A stretch of 64,000 nt of DNA from an uncultured cyanobacterium. GTDB lineage: Bacteria > Cyanobacteriota > Cyanobacteriia > Thermostichales > Thermostichaceae. The stretch covers positions 2,077 to 66,076 of the forward strand of contig CALFBB010000030.1 in NCBI GenBank assembly GCA_937944885.1, read 5' to 3'. The number at the start of each line of letters is the position of its first letter. Positions within the stretch are counted from its first letter, which is position 1. The translations under genes and the position numbers were made by a program. The notes beneath the pieces are model-generated. The model did not search any database. It saw only the letters and a program-made list of their open reading frames with translations, and was not told where the DNA came from. Of this stretch, positions 59,878 through 64,000 are shown in pieces.

Positions 59878-61605
59878 CTAGGACTTACGAGTCCAATCTT
59901 TGATGTTCCAGGGTTCTAGATCCCAAGGGGTGAGGTCAATCCCATCTAGGCTGTTGGCAGCAGCAGCAGGGCTGGTGCGGTCAATCAAAGGAATCACCGC
60001 CACGTCCTCCACCGTCAGGAAGTTGTTCATCTTCTTAACCTGCTCATCCCGCTCCTCTGGATCCATCATCCTCACCAATTCAGCGAACATTGCATCATAG
60101 GTGGGGTTACAGTAGCGAGAATCGTTGGCATTGGCCCAGTTGTTTTCCTTTTGGGCGATCTCTTCGCAGAGGTAACGGCGCATATAACCTGTTGGGTCGG
60201 GGTTGTCATTGCCGGTGGTGTACATCTGCAAATCGGCGTAGAAGTGCCCCAGATTGTCGGGGTTATTGGGCTCACTGTCAAAGAAAATGCTGGCATCAAT
60301 GCTCCTCAGCTCCAGGTCAATGCCAATCTTGCCCAAGTCTTGCTTGATGATCTCCTGAGTTTTTTGCCGCACCGGGTTGACGGAGGTTTGAAACACCATG
60401 CGCATTTCCACCCCATCTTTGTCGCGGATGCCATTGTTGTTGCTATCTACCCAACCGGCTTCATCCAACAGCTTGGCTGCCTCTTCTAGGTTGAATTCCC
60501 AGGGGGCATTGGCGCGAATGTTCTCCGGAGAGAGCACATAGTCATTGGTGGGAGTACCAGCCACACCGTAGATTTGATCGGCAATGGTTTGTCGATCCAT
60601 AGCCAAGCTCAGGGCCTTGCGCACATTTAGATCCGTTAGGAAAGGATGGGGTACATCTTTATGGGAGCGTTGCCCATCTTTTTCCACATTGGGATCCGAG
60701 AAATTGATGACAATTCGCTCCATGTTGGGGCCAGGCTTGGCCACCACTCTACCGATGCCAGCCGCCTCCAACTGGGCCAACACAGCCGCTTCCACTTGAG
60801 TATTCCAGGCATAGTCAGCATCCCCAGTCTGTAGCACAGCCCGAGCCGCCGATGTGGCATCGCCGCCGCCTTTCAGTTCCACCCGCTTAAAGAAGGGTTT
60901 GCCTTCTTCACGGAAATTCTCGTTGGCCACGTAGACAATCACATCCCCCGGTTTCACATCTTCTGTGATGTAGGGGCCCGTGCCGATGGGAGCTAGGTTA
61001 GCAGGCGCTTCTCGGGAATTGGGGCCATTGTAGGTTTCAAAAACATGCTTGGGAATAATCATGCCATTGGTGCCGACAAAGGGCACGAACCAAGCCACCG
61101 TCGGCTCCTTAAAGGTGACTTTCACAGTGCTGGGATCCAAGGCCTCTACAGATGCAATATCGGCATAGTATTCAGAGGTAATGGCTCCGACTTCCGGGTT
61201 GGAAATGTATTCGTAGGTGAAGACCACATCCTCGGCGGTGAAGGGTTCGCCATCGGCCCAGGTAACGCCACTCTTCAGCTTCCAGGTCACAGCACTTAAG
61301 TCTTCTGCGACACCGCCATTTTCAATACTAGGAATTTCGGCAGCCAGAAAAGGCACCATTTCCCCCTCAGCATCGAAGCTGGCCAAGGGCTCATAGACCA
61401 ATCGACTGGCCTCAAAGTCTTTGGTACCGGTGGAAAGATGAGGATTTAGTAGGGTTGGGGCTTGCCAGTAGAGCAACCGCAATGTGTCATCTGCTTGGGC
61501 TTGGGCTGGCACCCAATGGTGGACAAGCAAACCACCCACCATAAACAGTGGGATCAACAAAAGCCCCAGCCTGACCAGCTGCATCTTCAGACGTTTCAAA
61601 GACAT
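59878..61605 (-). CDS. Peptide ABC transporter substrate-binding protein (family 5)
   Basis: Signal peptide ending AQA; WQAPTLLNPHL, W.DGEPFTAEDV.FT, PIGTGPY. Confidence 0.92.
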   Translation of the reverse strand: MSLKRLKMQLVRLGLLLIPLFMVGGLLVHHWVPAQAQADDTLRLLYWQAPTLLNPHLSTGTKDFEASRLVYEPLASFDAEGEMVPFLAAEIPSIENGGVAEDLSAVTWKLKSGVTWADGEPFTAEDVVFTYEYISNPEVGAITSEYYADIASVEALDPSTVKVTFKEPTVAWFVPFVGTNGMIIPKHVFETYNGPNSREAPANLAPIGTGPYITEDVKPGDVIVYVANENFREEGKPFFKRVELKGGGDATSAARAVLQTGDADYAWNTQVEAAVLAQLEAAGIGRVVAKPGPNMERIVINFSDPNVEKDGQRSHKDVPHPFLTDLNVRKALSLAMDRQTIADQIYGVAGTPTNDYVLSPENIRANAPWEFNLEEAAKLLDEAGWVDSNNNGIRDKDGVEMRMVFQTSVNPVRQKTQEIIKQDLGKIGIDLELRSIDASIFFDSEPNNPDNLGHFYADLQMYTTGNDNPDPTGYMRRYLCEEIAQKENNWANANDSRYCNPTYDAMFAELVRMMDPEERDEQVKKMNNFLTVEDVAVIPLIDRTSPAAAANSLDGIDLTPWDLEPWNIKDWTRKS

Positions 61606-62236
61606 CTATGCTTACCTCTCGCTAAGCGGTAACTCAATCAGCAGGGGATTTGCAGCAGAAGATTTCTACTATGGCTGTGAAATTACCCCATCAGAATCTA
61701 AAACCCAGACGACAAAAGGGCTGGATAAAGTTTCCGCCCTATCGCCGAATCAAGAGCAATTTTGCTGAGCACTCGCCACAGTCAACAACCCCTTCAAATT
61801 CCTACCGAAATACGGTAGCAGCTGAGACTGATTTTTCTGTAATCTGTTACACACTATAACAAGTCTCAGGCAGGATCCCGGCAACGACTCTCTTTTTTCC
61901 TAGGATTTTCATATCAGTACAGGACTGAAACACAGGACTGAAAGGGTTTTACGCTTCCCTACCCAAACAAGATCCGCCTAAAAGTAAAGTATTTGTGCCT
62001 GTCTATACAGCTGAGGTCTCTTGCCCGATGATATGGTTGGATTTCTAGTTATGTTCAAGAGTGAAAACTGTTACCGACTAACTCGTTCCGGTCAAGGGAG
62101 TGAGCTTACAATCCAGCAATGTTTAGGTGTGAACTATAAAGGCCCTTATAGACTTATGCCAAGTCATTCAGTTTTGGCTGAAGTTTACTTGTCCGATTGG
62201 CTTTAAAGAATTTTCTGCAGCAGGGATCCTGATGGC

Positions 62237-63280
62237 ATGGCGCGATTGTTAGAAGTACGGCGGCTGGAGACACGCTTCCATACCCAAGATGGAGTAGTAC
62301 ACGCCGTCAACGGCCCCAGCTTTTATGTGGATGAGGGAGAAACGCTGGGGATTGTGGGGGAGTCTGGATCCGGCAAAAGCATCAGTATGCTTTCGGTGAT
62401 GCGCTTAATCCCAACACCACCGGGCAAAATCACCGGCGGTGAGGTGCTGTTTGATGGGAAAAACCTGCTTAAACTAAAAGAATCGGAGATGCGGCGCATC
62501 CGGGGCAACCAGATCGCCATGATCTTTCAAGATCCGATGACCTCCCTCAATCCTGTCCTGCGGGTGAGTCGGCAAATTACAGAATCCTTGCAACTGCACC
62601 TAGGCATGAGCGCCAAGCAAGCCCGGCAACGGGCTATTGAACTGTTGCAAATGGTCGGGATCCCGGCGGCGGCGGAACGGGTGGACAATTATCCCCACCA
62701 GTTTTCTGGCGGGATGCGGCAGCGGGTGATGATTGCTATGGGTTTGTCCTGTCGCCCGAAGTTGTTGATTGCCGATGAACCGACCACCGCTTTGGATGTC
62801 ACGATCCAGGCTCAGATTGTGGAGCTGATCAAAGCGCTGCAAGATGAGATTGGCATGGCGATCATTTGGATCACCCATGATTTGGCCTTCTTGGCAGGTA
62901 TTGCTGATCGGATCTTGGTCATGTATGGGGGCCAGATTATGGAACAGGCTTCTGTACACCAGCTCTACAAAAATCCCCGCCACCCCTACACCATCGGCCT
63001 ATTACAGAGCATTCCGCGCCTGGATGAACGCCGTCACGAGAAGCTGCAACCCATCGAAGGAATGCCACCGGATTTGGTTAATTATCCGCAGGGGTGTCCC
63101 TTTGCGGCCCGCTGTCGTTTTGTCATCGACCGTTGCTGGAGTGAAGACCCACAGCTTGAATCGGTTGGCCCCAACCATGCAGTGGCTTGCTGGGTGAAGC
63201 CTCAAGGGAAAGAACACCTCTTGTCCACTGCCGTGACCAACGACCCGAGCGAATCTTTGGGGAGGAAAGCCAATGGTTAA
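62237..63280 (+). CDS. Peptide ABC transporter ATP-binding protein (DppD/OppD type)
   Basis: [52 protein letters not shown]. Confidence 0.95.
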   Translation: MARLLEVRRLETRFHTQDGVVHAVNGPSFYVDEGETLGIVGESGSGKSISMLSVMRLIPTPPGKITGGEVLFDGKNLLKLKESEMRRIRGNQIAMIFQDPMTSLNPVLRVSRQITESLQLHLGMSAKQARQRAIELLQMVGIPAAAERVDNYPHQFSGGMRQRVMIAMGLSCRPKLLIADEPTTALDVTIQAQIVELIKALQDEIGMAIIWITHDLAFLAGIADRILVMYGGQIMEQASVHQLYKNPRHPYTIGLLQSIPRLDERRHEKLQPIEGMPPDLVNYPQGCPFAARCRFVIDRCWSEDPQLESVGPNHAVACWVKPQGKEHLLSTAVTNDPSESLGRKANG

Positions 63281-64000
63281 CTCTACCTCTTTTCCCGGCA
63301 ACCCCTCTCTCAATACCGACAACCCCACCTCCCCTCACTCCAGTCAAGCGACGCTACTGCGCGTTGAAAATCTGAAGATGCACTTCCCGATCCTGCGCGG
63401 GCTGGTGTTTCAGCGACAGGTGGGATCCGTCAAAGCAGTGGATGGGGTGAGCTTTGCGGTGCGCCGCGGGGAAACCCTGGGACTGGTGGGAGAATCGGGC
63501 TGTGGTAAGAGTACCACCGGGCGAGCAATTCTACAGTTGTATCGGCCTACAGCCGGTCATGTATATTTTGAAGGAACCGATCTCACCCAACTGCAGGGAG
63601 AAGAGCTGCGCCGGATGCGCCGCCGCATGCAGATGGTGTTTCAGGATCCCTATGCCTCTTTGAATCCACGCCAGACGGTGGGGGCGATTGTGGGAGAACC
63701 GATGACGGTGTTCAATGTTGCCAAGGGTAAGGCGCAGCAGGAGCGGGTTAAAGAATTGCTGGATGTGGTTGGCCTCAGCCCTAGTTTTATCAATCGCTAT
63801 CCCCATGAATTTTCCGGGGGGCAACGGCAACGAATTGTTATCGCCCGTGCTTTGGCGTTGAACCCGGATTTTATTGTCTGTGATGAGCCGATCTCAGCGT
63901 TGGATGTTTCGATTCAGGCGCAGGTGGTGAACTTACTGGAGGCGCTACAGGAGCAATTTGGTCTCACCTACTTGTTTATTGCCCATGACCTGAGCGTGGT
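63273..64000 (+). CDS. Peptide ABC transporter ATP-binding protein (DppF/OppF type), runs off the window end
   Basis: My translation from ATG 63273: ...KAVDGVSF...GESGCGKST...[12 protein letters not shown]...[14 protein letters not shown]; overlaps the upstream ATPase by 8 nt. Confidence 0.93.
   Translation, partial: MVNSTSFPGNPSLNTDNPTSPHSSQATLLRVENLKMHFPILRGLVFQRQVGSVKAVDGVSFAVRRGETLGLVGESGCGKSTTGRAILQLYRPTAGHVYFEGTDLTQLQGEELRRMRRRMQMVFQDPYASLNPRQTVGAIVGEPMTVFNVAKGKAQQERVKELLDVVGLSPSFINRYPHEFSGGQRQRIVIARALALNPDFIVCDEPISALDVSIQAQVVNLLEALQEQFGLTYLFIAHDLSV

Noticed and set aside
61606-62236. NtcA site in the peptide transporter spacer
   Set aside because: The best candidate, GTAATCTGTTAC, has N6 rather than N8 spacing.

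Overview
64 kb of chromosome from a thermophilic hot-spring cyanobacterium, most likely Thermostichus (the Synechococcus JA-2-3B'a/JA-3-3Ab lineage). The evidence is psaD, psb30, glpX-hemA, a CRR6-family gene, GC around 55-60% by eye, and the iterated palindrome GGGATCCC in place of canonical HIP1. Most of the window is housekeeping genes with little operon structure: tRNA-Cys, class V aminotransferase, cobU, rodA, ald, typA, hemA, glpX, 2-Cys peroxiredoxin, psaD, thiL, cdv3, an ABC1 kinase and a split peptide ABC transporter. The accessory or unexplained parts are: (1) an ~850 bp, ~35-40% GC decaying fabF-rnc relic whose RNase III sequence looks Aquificae-type (21.8-22.66 kb); (2) two gene remnants, a 3-methyladenine DNA glycosylase and a cysteine desulfurase C-terminus (30.3-31.05 kb); (3) a Zur-box-preceded flavoprotein followed by a lower-GC DsrE-like gene and a degenerate metallophosphoesterase, next to a truncated IS200/IS605 tnpB with an intact right end (41.8-45.6 kb); (4) several full-length enzyme homologues that have lost catalytic residues (M48, agmatinase, caspase folds); (5) many 9-16 bp tandem duplications, often at gene 3' ends. 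All family assignments come from remembered motifs; no database search was run.
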